From a virus, in IMG/VR virus record IMGVR_UViG_3300036820_000006, positions 1 to 64,000 of that record: a stretch of 64,000 nt of DNA; one strand, given 5' to 3'. Made by a program: the position numbers and the translations under genes. Positions 9,497 to 19,833 of the stretch are shown here, in pieces. Position 1 is the first letter of the stretch, and every line of letters starts with the position of its first letter. The notes under the pieces are model-generated. The model was not told the origin of the DNA and did no database searches. It saw only the letters and a list, made by a program, of their open reading frames with translations.

Positions 9497-10087
9497 ATGA
9501 TTACAGAGCATGAAGAGGCGATAGAGCCACAACAGGCGCACGTGCAGGCGCAGGCGCAGGCGCACACACCCGCACTTGCACCCGTGCCGCAACAACAGCA
9601 GCCGGAGCCCCCGGACGCCGCTGGCGCACCCAGTGCGCGCGCTCAAGTAAGCAACTATCTGGATACCCCAATCATCACATCAGCAAGCCACGAAGATTCA
9701 CAGAGCGATTCAGAGTCCGCCAACGCCCCTCCCGGTACGGCGGACTCAATTTTTCGTCGATGCTCTTGCATCGGCGTGATGCCGGGGCGTGCCTGCACCC
9801 TCTGCAACAACACCAAATGGATGAAGCGCTGTCCTAACTGTTATGGCGTGGGCGCGGTGTTCCAAAACTCGCGGTCCAGTTACGAGCCGCGCAAAGATCG
9901 CTGCGGGTTCTGCATGGGTCGAGGCTGGATTGCGGCGCGCAGAGAAGAGGTGGCTGCTGCTACCAGCGCCGTGCCTGCTGCCAAGGGAGCTGCAATCCCG
10001 CCGCCTCAGACCCGCCCACGCGATGCCAAGCTGCCGGGCGCTGCGCCGCGCACCACGCGCCAGAATCGCGCCGGGCGCACAAGCTGA
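9497..10087 (+). CDS. DnaJ-type Cys-rich zinc-finger protein
   Basis: CTLC, CPNCYGVG, CGFCMGRG; GGAGGAG RBS before ATG 9497. Confidence 0.7.
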   Translation: MITEHEEAIEPQQAHVQAQAQAHTPALAPVPQQQQPEPPDAAGAPSARAQVSNYLDTPIITSASHEDSQSDSESANAPPGTADSIFRRCSCIGVMPGRACTLCNNTKWMKRCPNCYGVGAVFQNSRSSYEPRKDRCGFCMGRGWIAARREEVAAATSAVPAAKGAAIPPPQTRPRDAKLPGAAPRTTRQNRAGRTS

Positions 10088-10095
10088 CCTTCACG

Positions 10096-10701
10096 ATGTC
10101 CCTCAACCAACGTTTCTCCGCCATTGTCACCGACGAACTTTCGCGCGCTTCCGTGCGCCTGGGCAAGCGCATCCTCCAGCTTTATCTTGCTGATCTCTCA
10201 GCTGCGCGTGCGAAGGAACTTGCTGCCGATTCCGGCTTCCTTGGCGAGCTGGTCGAACGTGCTATTGCCGACGCCTGTGACGCCGCGCGCCTCGCTGGTC
10301 GCGATATCACTAATCCTGCTGCCATCGTTACGCTAGCCAGCACGCATCCCTCTACTGCTACCCGCGACTCGCTCACCGTGCTCGATCATGCAGTGCGTTC
10401 TGCCCCTACACTTCATGGCATATCGCTCTTAGAGGCGGCAGCGGTGCTCAAGCGCCGGTTGGGCCGCGCGGTCGCTCCCGGTTCCATCCGCCTGATGCTG
10501 CGTCGCAACACCGAATTCCACTCTCTAATGGTCCGACGCGGCCGGGTTCAACTGCGCTCGGAGCTGATCGTGGAAAAGCTGGCAGAGCGGCATTCGCAAA
10601 AACTCCCGCCCCTGCCGCCCAAGAAACCTTCCCCCAAGCTCCCTCCTGACGCTATGCTAAGGCGCGCACAGTCGCGACCTGCTTCCAAGCGAGCGCGTTA
10701 G
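10096..10701 (+). CDS. hypothetical, possibly DNA-binding
   Basis: ISLLEAAAVL..SIRLMLRR is HTH-like; basic C-terminus. Confidence 0.5.
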   Translation: MSLNQRFSAIVTDELSRASVRLGKRILQLYLADLSAARAKELAADSGFLGELVERAIADACDAARLAGRDITNPAAIVTLASTHPSTATRDSLTVLDHAVRSAPTLHGISLLEAAAVLKRRLGRAVAPGSIRLMLRRNTEFHSLMVRRGRVQLRSELIVEKLAERHSQKLPPLPPKKPSPKLPPDAMLRRAQSRPASKRAR

Positions 10702-10716
10702 GAGATCACTGCTGCC

Positions 10717-11700
10717 ATGTCTACCACTCCAAATCTCGGCTTACTTCTCTACGCCGCGCACGCATCCCCGTGGGACTCTGGCACTAATGGTAACTGGACC
10801 TTAGTAGATACCTTTGCGGCGACCTGTATTGTGAAATCGCCTTCGGCCGCGCAAATCCTGACCCAGCCCTCAGCCACTTATTTCTCAGTCAACGGGCTGC
10901 AAATTTTCGGCACCACGCCGGTCATTCCGTTTGCGGTCTCAGCCGGGAACTTCTCTGCCGCGCTTTCCATGCCCAGTGTGGGCACCCTCTCCGTTGACTC
11001 CAGCGCAGTTGGCAACGGCGGGGGCACGCTAGTTGCTACTGTTATCAATGCCAAAACCGGCTTCCAGCTCAACGGTGCAGCACCTTCCGGTCACTTTCTC
11101 GTAGGTGATGGCACGCACTATGTCGATTCTGCTTCGCTGCCGGGCGCGCTCTACTATCAGAATGTTGAATCCAATAGCGGCGCAGAAAACCAGCGTGCCG
11201 CGCTCAACTTTACTTCAGGCTTAACGGTTACCGACAACCCTGGCAACAATTCCACCGATGTTGCACTGTCTGACACCGGAGTCACGCCCGGCGCATACAC
11301 TATTGTCAATGCCACAGTTGGCGCGGATGGCCGTCTCACCGCCATTACGAATGGAACTCCTTCTACTTACAACCCCATCGCGCATGATGTAACCGGTTCG
11401 CGGGTGCTCAGCACCGTTTATCAGAACACTACCGGAGGCACGATGCGCGTTTACGGCTATGGCACGACTACCGGCTCAACGGTAGGCAGCACCGAAGCCC
11501 GTATCGGGCCTACAAACACACTCGTTATCACTACTGATACTATCTGGGCCACCACAGAAGGCGCTACCGTAGACACGGGCACTTTAGGATTCGCTTTTGA
11601 AGTTCAGAACAATTGGTACTATGCGGTTTATGCCAACACTTTCACCAATAGCATGGGTTCGGGCGTTACCGGTCTCGGAAAATGGTGGGAGGTTTACTAA
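10717..11700 (+). CDS. tail fibre-like protein (no signal peptide)
   Basis: TTPNLGL N-terminus and GVTPGAYT..TVGADGRLT fibre repeat. Confidence 0.65.
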   Translation: MSTTPNLGLLLYAAHASPWDSGTNGNWTLVDTFAATCIVKSPSAAQILTQPSATYFSVNGLQIFGTTPVIPFAVSAGNFSAALSMPSVGTLSVDSSAVGNGGGTLVATVINAKTGFQLNGAAPSGHFLVGDGTHYVDSASLPGALYYQNVESNSGAENQRAALNFTSGLTVTDNPGNNSTDVALSDTGVTPGAYTIVNATVGADGRLTAITNGTPSTYNPIAHDVTGSRVLSTVYQNTTGGTMRVYGYGTTTGSTVGSTEARIGPTNTLVITTDTIWATTEGATVDTGTLGFAFEVQNNWYYAVYANTFTNSMGSGVTGLGKWWEVY

Positions 11701-11706
11701 GCTCTC

Positions 11707-12939
11707 ATGGCAATTCCCGGCAACGGCGTGCGCAGGGCTGTGGATGTTCTCGCAGAGGTGAGCTTTCATATAGTCGAACCAGTGCTCGACGCTATCATCA
11801 CTGCGACTGGCCCAGCAGGGTTCGGCGATCCTACTTTCGGCTATAACGGCGATTCATCCGATGGCGGCGGTTTTGGATTTGGGTTAGGCGATTACGCTAC
11901 GCTCTCAGTCCCGATAGAGTTCTACCTCTATCCCGGCGCACTCATCGTAGTGGACTATCGCGGGCCGAATGAAGAAGTGGCCGAAGTCACCTCGGTAGAC
12001 TTCCCCAGCAACACTTTTTATGCGACATTCGTTAACTCTCACTCAGCCGGAGAGCGCGTATTCGCGCCGACTTTTCCAACCCAGCAGCCGACCGATCCAC
12101 TGTGGACGCAGGCTGAGATGCTAGGCTACCTCGCCGATGCACAGAATGAGCTCCTAGCGCAGGTTCCAATAGTGTTAGAGCTATTCCCTGACCAGCAATG
12201 GCAGCTTGGCGTTACCACTTATGCGCTTCCAGCTACCGCTATTGAGCTGGAACGGGTCGCGGTGCAGAACAACTCGCTCGATTATGCGCTGAGCACGCTC
12301 ACGCGCACTGCAGGTGTTGTCACTGCCATGACTACTACCCCTACTCCTTTTTCGCCGTTGCTGGCCGTCTATGTAAACGGCGTAGCTGATTCCTCATTCA
12401 ACTCACTCACGCCTGCAAGCTCAGATTGGTTCTCGCTCACTGGCGTTTCAGCAGATGGCTACACGCTGACATGGAATGTACCGTCAACTTACTCAGACGC
12501 TAGCTCTACTGGCGGCACCATCTCACAACTTCTGTATCAGCGTTTGTATGAATCTTCGCAGGACCAGCTTGCAATGCGCGATCCTTACTGGTTCTATAAC
12601 CAAGAATCCGATGTGCCCACGATATTCTATGAAGATCGCACTGGCGTTTATCAGTATGGGGTTGCTCCGCAGCCGCGTGCGGGATTCTATGCGGACTTGA
12701 TTGCCAGCCAGCGTGACAGCACTGCGTTAACGCTGCTAGACGGCTTTGTTGCGCCCGATATTTTCGTCTACGCGATCAAATATAAAACGCTGCAATACGC
12801 GCTCACTAAAGATGGCGAGCAGCGCAGCCCTATGCTGGCACGTTATGCAGGCCAACGCTTTGATATGACTGTCCAGCTCGCACGGCGCTTCCTGCGTAAC
12901 ATGGTAGAGCCTCCACAATCACAAGGTAGACCCGCCTAA
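11707..12939 (+). CDS. adaptor-like protein with inserted beta domains
   Basis: WTQAEMLGYLADAQNEL, YGVAPQP, FVYAIKY...ALTKDGE adaptor-like motifs. Confidence 0.55.
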   Translation: MAIPGNGVRRAVDVLAEVSFHIVEPVLDAIITATGPAGFGDPTFGYNGDSSDGGGFGFGLGDYATLSVPIEFYLYPGALIVVDYRGPNEEVAEVTSVDFPSNTFYATFVNSHSAGERVFAPTFPTQQPTDPLWTQAEMLGYLADAQNELLAQVPIVLELFPDQQWQLGVTTYALPATAIELERVAVQNNSLDYALSTLTRTAGVVTAMTTTPTPFSPLLAVYVNGVADSSFNSLTPASSDWFSLTGVSADGYTLTWNVPSTYSDASSTGGTISQLLYQRLYESSQDQLAMRDPYWFYNQESDVPTIFYEDRTGVYQYGVAPQPRAGFYADLIASQRDSTALTLLDGFVAPDIFVYAIKYKTLQYALTKDGEQRSPMLARYAGQRFDMTVQLARRFLRNMVEPPQSQGRPA

Positions 12940-12949
12940 GGACGCTCTG

Positions 12950-13729
12950 ATGCCGCTACCGCCGAACATTCCGACCCGTCCAGCCCCGGCGCAGCCTAAC
13001 CTGCCGCTGCAGACCACGCAACTCAAGCTTTCTGACCTGCAGGAACCCGGCTTATCCACGCTAAACAACCTTTTCTCATCGATTCAAAATCAGATCACCT
13101 CACTCATTGGCGCAAATGGGCCAACCCCACTCCCTTCAGGCGCGAATATGGGCGGCGCTCCGGTGCAAAACATCGGCGAACCTCAATCTCCGGCCGATGC
13201 AATCTCAAAAGCGCATGCGGAGGCTAATTATTCCGCCACGGCGCTTGCTCCGCAGCTCGAAGCTGGCCAAAATACCGGCCTCAAAACCTATCGCGCACTC
13301 AATTCCAAGCAGCAGCAGGAGAGCTACTCTAATTTTCTCGAAGGTGTGCTTAACACCGCGCCCACTGCGAACACTTCCACTATCACTGGTACCACATCAG
13401 GAGGTTCAGCCGTGGTTTCGGTCTCGGCGGGGTCTCATCTGTTCGTTAGCGGTAATCAGAACTCTTATGTGCAGCGCACGGATACCATTTCGCTCGTTAG
13501 CGGGATGGGAGTTTACTATTACTACCTCAGCAAAGGCTCACAGACATTGGCCATCTCGCAACCTTATGCTGCCGACACCCAAGCGAATCGCACGCAAGCA
13601 AATCAGGATGGTACTGTCATTGTGGGCGTCGCTACTATTGATGGTTCAGGGCTGGTGACTAATCAATCAGCGGCCGGAGCGACTACCCCAGCCACCACTG
13701 GCAACTTCAGGTTGCTTACTCGTCTCTAG
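12950..13729 (+). CDS. putative tail protein
   Basis: NIGEPQSPADAISKAH fibre-neck-like motif; AAGGA RBS. Confidence 0.55.
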   Translation: MPLPPNIPTRPAPAQPNLPLQTTQLKLSDLQEPGLSTLNNLFSSIQNQITSLIGANGPTPLPSGANMGGAPVQNIGEPQSPADAISKAHAEANYSATALAPQLEAGQNTGLKTYRALNSKQQQESYSNFLEGVLNTAPTANTSTITGTTSGGSAVVSVSAGSHLFVSGNQNSYVQRTDTISLVSGMGVYYYYLSKGSQTLAISQPYAADTQANRTQANQDGTVIVGVATIDGSGLVTNQSAAGATTPATTGNFRLLTRL

Positions 13730-13783
13730 CTAGGTTCCTTTTCCTTTACACAGCCCTCCCCTCCGCGCTATTCTGCGCGCGCC

Positions 13784-14101
13784 ATGGCCCTGCGCATTCT
13801 AAAAGCTGACATCGATAGGCTGACTGCGCATATCACCGTGCAGGCCCAAGTCGAGGAGCATCATTCTGACGGCTCAACTACGCTGGGAGCGCCTGAAACC
13901 TTTGGCATCGACCGGGGCTCGCTGGAAGAAATTCATGGTTCCGGCGCTATGACTGAAGCCTCAGTTCACGTAGCGCTCGAACGCTGGCTGGCTGGAATGC
14001 ATGATATCGCGCTGGCTCGTAAACATACCCACGATCACGCCACTGCTGCGGTGAGCAGACTCGCGAAGACCACTCTACAGTTCAGCGAGGGAGCGCGCTA
14101 A
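13784..14101 (+). CDS. hypothetical protein
   Basis: TTTACA-N18-TATTCT promoter (13745-13774) ends 9 nt before ATG. Confidence 0.6.
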   Translation: MALRILKADIDRLTAHITVQAQVEEHHSDGSTTLGAPETFGIDRGSLEEIHGSGAMTEASVHVALERWLAGMHDIALARKHTHDHATAAVSRLAKTTLQFSEGAR

Positions 14102-14102
14102 G

Positions 14103-17100
14103 ATGCCGCAGGATTCCGCTTACCGCTCTATTAGTTACATTTACAAGAGTCGCGGACTAATCGCGCGATATACGATTGACCAAACTCCTGAATTCTATTA
14201 CCTCGATCTGCTCAACTTCTTCGAGATTGCCGAAAACGCTATCGCGCCGCGCTACGGTACCCAGATCATCAATCGCGATCCTGATGGCACTGAATCGGGT
14301 AGCAATTACCTGTTTGACTTTCCAGTCACTACACTAGCCAAATTAACCTACCTCGCACAGCCTTACCGTTATGCCATTACCTCAGATGGCCAAGTGTGGG
14401 TGCGGGCCTCGAATTTGCAAGGCGCGTACACTTCGATCCACACTGGGCTATCCGGCCAGCCTGCGCAATATGTCATTACTAACTGTTTCCAAACGTCGCA
14501 GCCTTACATATTCTTCTACGATCAGGCCGCGTCGATCAAAACGTCAGGCTCGGGCACGCCCTCGCTCACTGGCTTAGACCCCTCAGGCACTACCGCGACG
14601 GCGCTGCCATTCTCTCCATTGCTAACGCTGATCGACAACTTTGGTCCATCCAATTTCTACAACTCGTCCGGGTTCTCCGTAGCATGGGCCTCTGAATCGA
14701 TCACCACGCTCACTGCAGGCAGCCTCTATTTCCCCACCGATTTCCCTGAATACATTGGCGTCGCCAACTCCGCTTCCGGCTATACAGGTGGAACTTATCC
14801 GCTCTCCGGGGGCAACCTTGGTATGGACCTTGGCACCTCGGTCACCGGCACCGGCATAAGCACCTATACCACACCGCCTTTTTTAGGATTTCCCTCAATA
14901 ACGCTGCCGCTAACCTCTAACATCACGCTGGCGGTTACTCTTTCAGCTAAGCTGCTGCTTTACTATGCGCTGGACTTTGCCCTCTGCACGGGGGTTGTAA
15001 ATTTTCAATACTCTATTGACGGCGGCACATCATGGGCTACCTTCTATACCTACGCAGCCTCGCGCGCGACGGTTACCTCCCCTACGGGTAATCCAGCGCC
15101 TGTGGGGCCGATTCTAATCTCCACGCCGGTATCTGGGCTCACTAACTTGGCCAATTTGGAAGTGCGTTTCACAATGACCTTGACTGCGCAAAAGTCTGAG
15201 GTTAATCCCAACTCCACGTTAGCAGGAAACATCGCATCTATCAGCGCAACCACCAACAACTCCGCCGCAGCTGATCCGTTTGATGGCGTGGTTGATGGCA
15301 TGTTGGCAGTATTCAATAACACGTCACTACCGTCGCCCGTGCCCATTGTGAATGTGACCTCTGCCGTACTCAACGGCGGCGTCTATAACAGTCTGATCAT
15401 TATGACTGCGCAGCCACATGGCTACAGCACTGGTTACAATGCAGCAATCTATGGTTCCTCATCTTCGCTGGTGGATGGATTCTATTTCGCGATCACAGTA
15501 AATTCTTCCAACCAGTTCACAGTCAATCTTGCCAATATCGATCCTACAGTCTCTTTTCTCTCGGCAACTGGCGGTGTGTGCTATGCAGGTCCCGGCGCTA
15601 ACACGACCAATCCTTCAACTTGTGTTATCGCGAATCACTACTCCACACCTTACCCTAGCCAATTCTCGGCATGGGGGTTCACACGGCCCCTGCGCGGAAT
15701 CGCGCCTGAGACATTCCCAATCTATTGCTGGGTTGGAACCGTAGCCCAGAACACTACTTCCACCTCTCCAGCGTTAGTCGGCAACACTATCGCGCTCGAC
15801 CTCAGCTTTAATAATCAAGTCACGGATGATGATCTAATCGTTATCACATTGCTGGTCGATAATCCCGCAGCTATAGATAATATTCGGTTGCAGTTTGATG
15901 TACGCGGCAGCCAGTACACCTCTAGCTATTACTACAAAGACATCGCGCCTGCTTATTATCAGCAATCCGTGCAGAATCTTGAAGACGCTTATACAGCTAC
16001 CGAGCAGCAAATCCTCGCAGGCACGTTAGGTATAACCACCCCAGCCACTCCCAACTCGACCACAGCGCAGCTACAACCCGGCAACTTTTCCACCGGCTCC
16101 GGCGCATGGGCTACCGTCTATCTGCGTCGGGGTGACTTCGTGCCTGTTGGCACTGCAGGCCAGCCAGGATTGGATTGGTCCGCAATCACGGGCTGGCAGC
16201 TCGTGATAACCACTAATACAGTCGGCGCAGCCACAGTTGCGGTGAACGGACTATATCTGCAATGGGGTTATGGGCCTAGCTCATTCGCAGGCATTGGTTA
16301 TGATTATCGCTACACGCCATACAATATCAACACCGGCACCGAAGGTAATCCATCACCTGAGCAGAAATTTTCCGAACAGTATGGCTGGCTCGCTTCGCTC
16401 ACGGCTCCGATATTTCTGCGCCAAGCGGTACAGATCACCGGCACATTCTTCGCTGATCCCCAAGTCACACACATTCGTATCTATCGGCGTGGTGGTATCG
16501 TCGCAGCCAATTGGTTCCAAATTGACCAAATCCCGAATATCCCCGGTGGCGGTGTGGACGGTTCCGGCCAGTTCATCTACAAAGATGTCATTTCAGATGA
16601 CGCATTGCTGCAAGGCTATCCTTTAGTGCTTGATAATGATCCGCCGGTCACCTCGTCATTATCGAATCCGCTGCTCACCACACTGGCCACTGCGCCTAGC
16701 TCGCCGGGCCAGTCTATCTATAGCATATTCACGCCGCAGCTTATCAAAGTACAAGCTAGCTCATTTGAGTTCGTGCCGACTCAAGTTATCACCATCGGCA
16801 CCGCGAATAACCTTGAAGTAGTGAATGTGATCTCAGGCGGCACTGGCCAGTTCACAGCGATTCTGCGTTTGCAGCATAATATTGGCGAAAATCTTTACTG
16901 TTATTCGCTGCCTCGCGTTTCATGTAATCTCTGTGCGCTGGCTTATGGCCAAGTTTGGCTGACGGGCGACAAGAATAATCCTCATTATCTTTATTTCAGC
17001 AAGGCATCACTGCCTGAGAATTTCGGCCCGCAAAACTATATGCCGGTGGGTTCACCCAATTACCCGATCACTATCGTGGTGAACTGGCGTGGTACTTTGT

Positions 17101-18284
17101 TTGTCGCTACCACGCAAACTTGGTGGATCATTCCCGGCGCGGCTGCGCGGCCACAGCCCACCGGCTCGATTCATGGCGCAGTTAGCTCGCAAGGGTGGAC
17201 GCAAACCGAAGGCGGCATTATGTATCAAGCTTCGGATGGCCTACGGGAATTCCAAGGTGCGGACGGCGCTTATCTCACACTTCCAGTGGAATTCCTATAT
17301 CGCAACACTGCGCTTACGCCGGTTCCATTGGTGGACCTGACTCAGCTCAGTTCTGTAGTGATGGCTTACTACAACAACTGGGTTTTCACTTCCTATATCT
17401 CGCAGAATTCCGGGCAGCGCTATCGGCTAATCTGTGATCTTGTGAACAACCGACGCTTTCACTACGACGATATCGCCGCGACCGCGATGCTATGGGAGCA
17501 GGACACCAATCAGCTTATCGTCGGCAAGCCGATTTACTTCGAAAACGATCTTTATGGCTATGCTGTAGTACAGGATCAAGTCACTTCACTTGGCAGCGAC
17601 GACTTAGGTTATTTCGGTGGTGTTCTACAGCAGATGCCTATCTACTGCTCAGTTGAGATGCCCTACACCGATCTGAACGCGCCTCACTATCCGAAGCAGT
17701 GGAACGTCGTCGAAGTGGACGTGGTAACGCAAAACCAATCGCTCACTACTGAGCTGCTGTTGGACACCGAACCACCTAGCTCGGTGACGCTCAACCCGAT
17801 CAACACGGGCGCTATGCGATCCAAGGAGCAGCTCAACGTTAACTCCGGCGACGGTACGCAAGCTTACTCGGCATCGATCAAGCACACTATTAGCTCGTCA
17901 GTGTTGGGTGTGATGCTGTTTCAAGACAATATCTATGCCACCCAGCTTGCCGACTACCGCCAATCGCTAGATTCTTATTGGATCAAGTTTGACTATGAAC
18001 AGTCCAAAATCGTGAAGCAAGGTTATTTCGACTACACCTCCACAGCCGATATCACGGTGAACCTTTATGTGGGGGGGATTATGGATCATCCTTATTACTC
18101 GTTCACGCTGCCTGCGGAGCCGCAGCGGCGTGTAGTACGTGAGTTATTCCCCGCATGGAAACCGCGCCTATGGCGCATGGTGATGACGAGTGATGCAGAT
18201 TTCCAGATATGGCGCGCACCTCAGATTGAATGGAAGCCGGTGCGTGAAGGCTCCGGGTTTGCTATATATGAGGTGAAGATGTGA
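14103..18284 (+). CDS. tail nozzle / tubular protein B-like
   Basis: 1393 aa; beta-propeller-like C-terminal half (LYFSK..PENF, HGAVS, YQASDGLREFQG); position before ejection genes. Confidence 0.65.
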   Translation: MPQDSAYRSISYIYKSRGLIARYTIDQTPEFYYLDLLNFFEIAENAIAPRYGTQIINRDPDGTESGSNYLFDFPVTTLAKLTYLAQPYRYAITSDGQVWVRASNLQGAYTSIHTGLSGQPAQYVITNCFQTSQPYIFFYDQAASIKTSGSGTPSLTGLDPSGTTATALPFSPLLTLIDNFGPSNFYNSSGFSVAWASESITTLTAGSLYFPTDFPEYIGVANSASGYTGGTYPLSGGNLGMDLGTSVTGTGISTYTTPPFLGFPSITLPLTSNITLAVTLSAKLLLYYALDFALCTGVVNFQYSIDGGTSWATFYTYAASRATVTSPTGNPAPVGPILISTPVSGLTNLANLEVRFTMTLTAQKSEVNPNSTLAGNIASISATTNNSAAADPFDGVVDGMLAVFNNTSLPSPVPIVNVTSAVLNGGVYNSLIIMTAQPHGYSTGYNAAIYGSSSSLVDGFYFAITVNSSNQFTVNLANIDPTVSFLSATGGVCYAGPGANTTNPSTCVIANHYSTPYPSQFSAWGFTRPLRGIAPETFPIYCWVGTVAQNTTSTSPALVGNTIALDLSFNNQVTDDDLIVITLLVDNPAAIDNIRLQFDVRGSQYTSSYYYKDIAPAYYQQSVQNLEDAYTATEQQILAGTLGITTPATPNSTTAQLQPGNFSTGSGAWATVYLRRGDFVPVGTAGQPGLDWSAITGWQLVITTNTVGAATVAVNGLYLQWGYGPSSFAGIGYDYRYTPYNINTGTEGNPSPEQKFSEQYGWLASLTAPIFLRQAVQITGTFFADPQVTHIRIYRRGGIVAANWFQIDQIPNIPGGGVDGSGQFIYKDVISDDALLQGYPLVLDNDPPVTSSLSNPLLTTLATAPSSPGQSIYSIFTPQLIKVQASSFEFVPTQVITIGTANNLEVVNVISGGTGQFTAILRLQHNIGENLYCYSLPRVSCNLCALAYGQVWLTGDKNNPHYLYFSKASLPENFGPQNYMPVGSPNYPITIVVNWRGTLFVATTQTWWIIPGAAARPQPTGSIHGAVSSQGWTQTEGGIMYQASDGLREFQGADGAYLTLPVEFLYRNTALTPVPLVDLTQLSSVVMAYYNNWVFTSYISQNSGQRYRLICDLVNNRRFHYDDIAATAMLWEQDTNQLIVGKPIYFENDLYGYAVVQDQVTSLGSDDLGYFGGVLQQMPIYCSVEMPYTDLNAPHYPKQWNVVEVDVVTQNQSLTTELLLDTEPPSSVTLNPINTGAMRSKEQLNVNSGDGTQAYSASIKHTISSSVLGVMLFQDNIYATQLADYRQSLDSYWIKFDYEQSKIVKQGYFDYTSTADITVNLYVGGIMDHPYYSFTLPAEPQRRVVRELFPAWKPRLWRMVMTSDADFQIWRAPQIEWKPVREGSGFAIYEVKM

Positions 18285-19195
18285 TTACATCTCAATGGAG
18301 TCCGGAAGAGATAAAAGTTCTGAAAGATACCTATGGGAAGATGAAGGTAGAAGATATTCCTTTACCTAATAGAACTTCGTATGCACGACATTACATGGCG
18401 CATAAGTTAGGGATGAGACATGGTCGTCGTAACCTTTTGCGTAAGACTGCTTGGACTTTAGAGCAAGATAAACTAGTCAGAAATAACTATGGAAAAATCC
18501 CTGCCGGGGAGATATCTAAACTTATAGGTAAGAATGCTCACTGCGTGCATAACAGGGCTATAAAACTTGGTGTCTCGTCCATAGAAAGTAAGAAGCACAG
18601 CTGGGTACGTAGCATTCCTGATCTGTCATTTGGATTTATTGAACGCTACATTACGGGAGAGTCCGCACGAAAGTTAGCTGATGAGATTGGGATTAGCGAA
18701 AGTACCTTCGTTATTCGTCTGAAAGAACAAGGCATTCAACGAAGGACCGTAGCGGAAGAATGCCGGAAGCGGCTTCCTGCCATGCAAAAGATAGTAGCCG
18801 AACAGGCATCTACACTAGCTTGGCGTATACGGCAGAGTGCACATCTGCAAGGTATCTCGGTATCTGAATGGAAAGGTTTCTCCTCTGATCGATCTACCAT
18901 GCTTCATAATATGCCCGAATGGAAGGTGTGGCGTAGAGCCGTATTCACAAGAGATCATTACCGATGCGTACTTTGTGGCGCGGGTTATCGACCGAAACTT
19001 CCTTTAGACCCACATCACATAAAACCTAAAGCTAGGTATCCGGAATTGATGTTTGATGTGGCTAATGGCATTACACTCTGTCGTAGCTGTCATGCACCCA
19101 TGACACGTAAAGAACATTTATTCGAACCTCTGTTCCGCGCTTATCTAATGCCGGTATGGGAGCCCCAAATTAAGACGTACGAAGTAAAACTATAA
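18281..19195 (+). CDS. HNH homing endonuclease
   Basis: VFTRDHYRCVLCG...PHHIKP...NGITLCRSCH; repeated WS/WT-xEE N-terminal units; AT-richer than flanks. Confidence 0.85.
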   Translation: MITSQWSPEEIKVLKDTYGKMKVEDIPLPNRTSYARHYMAHKLGMRHGRRNLLRKTAWTLEQDKLVRNNYGKIPAGEISKLIGKNAHCVHNRAIKLGVSSIESKKHSWVRSIPDLSFGFIERYITGESARKLADEIGISESTFVIRLKEQGIQRRTVAEECRKRLPAMQKIVAEQASTLAWRIRQSAHLQGISVSEWKGFSSDRSTMLHNMPEWKVWRRAVFTRDHYRCVLCGAGYRPKLPLDPHHIKPKARYPELMFDVANGITLCRSCHAPMTRKEHLFEPLFRAYLMPVWEPQIKTYEVKL

Positions 19196-19211
19196 AAAAG
19201 GTGAAACTCTA

Positions 19212-19457
19212 ATGAAAGCTGCTATTGAAACTTCTGTGGCTGAAATTCATATCCCAACTGTGGCGTTTGGTCGGCAAGCTCGAACGCTATTAGCTAAACC
19301 GCGTTGCTGCGCGCATGAGGGAAAATGCTGTAACCTAGTTCGCTTCAGCATCGATGGGGACTATTTTTGCCAGAAACATTCAGACCTCTGGTGGGAATCG
19401 CATTACGTCGAGAATCACCGCGTCTCGCGGGTGGGCAGCCGGAGCTACGATTTTTAG
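19212..19457 (+). CDS. small Cys/His-rich protein
   Basis: AAGGTG RBS; CC..CC..FCQKH. Confidence 0.55.
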   Translation: MKAAIETSVAEIHIPTVAFGRQARTLLAKPRCCAHEGKCCNLVRFSIDGDYFCQKHSDLWWESHYVENHRVSRVGSRSYDF

Positions 19458-19527
19458 TGCTTGCCCTCACAACATCCCTTGATGTATGCTGCGTGCATTC
19501 TCAAGCATTCTCAAGGGGGAATCTCTC

Positions 19528-19821
19528 ATGCAGGTTATCGACGGCGGGCGCGCTCTGGTCGCTCAGCTCAGCCATCAACTTTATTCGTCGCCTACGCAGT
19601 CCGAGATTGAAGACGCGCTTAAGGCAGCGGCGGAACTATTGAACAAACTGGCTGGTGAGATGCTCAGCTCCGGTGACTTTACCGCAGCGAACAATGTCGT
19701 AGGCATGACGATGCAAGCTGCTGCGCTCACTGAGCAGGCGGGCACGCTGCTTAAGCAGCCGAGCGCGATTGCTTCGCCACAGTTCATGGGGCCAGGTGCG
19801 GGTCCGCGCAGGATGAACTAA
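19528..19821 (+). CDS. hypothetical protein
   Basis: AAGGGGG RBS; TTGCCC-N18-TATGCT promoter at 19461-19490. Confidence 0.65.
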   Translation: MQVIDGGRALVAQLSHQLYSSPTQSEIEDALKAAAELLNKLAGEMLSSGDFTAANNVVGMTMQAAALTEQAGTLLKQPSAIASPQFMGPGAGPRRMN

Positions 19822-19833
19822 AGAGGAGTCGCT

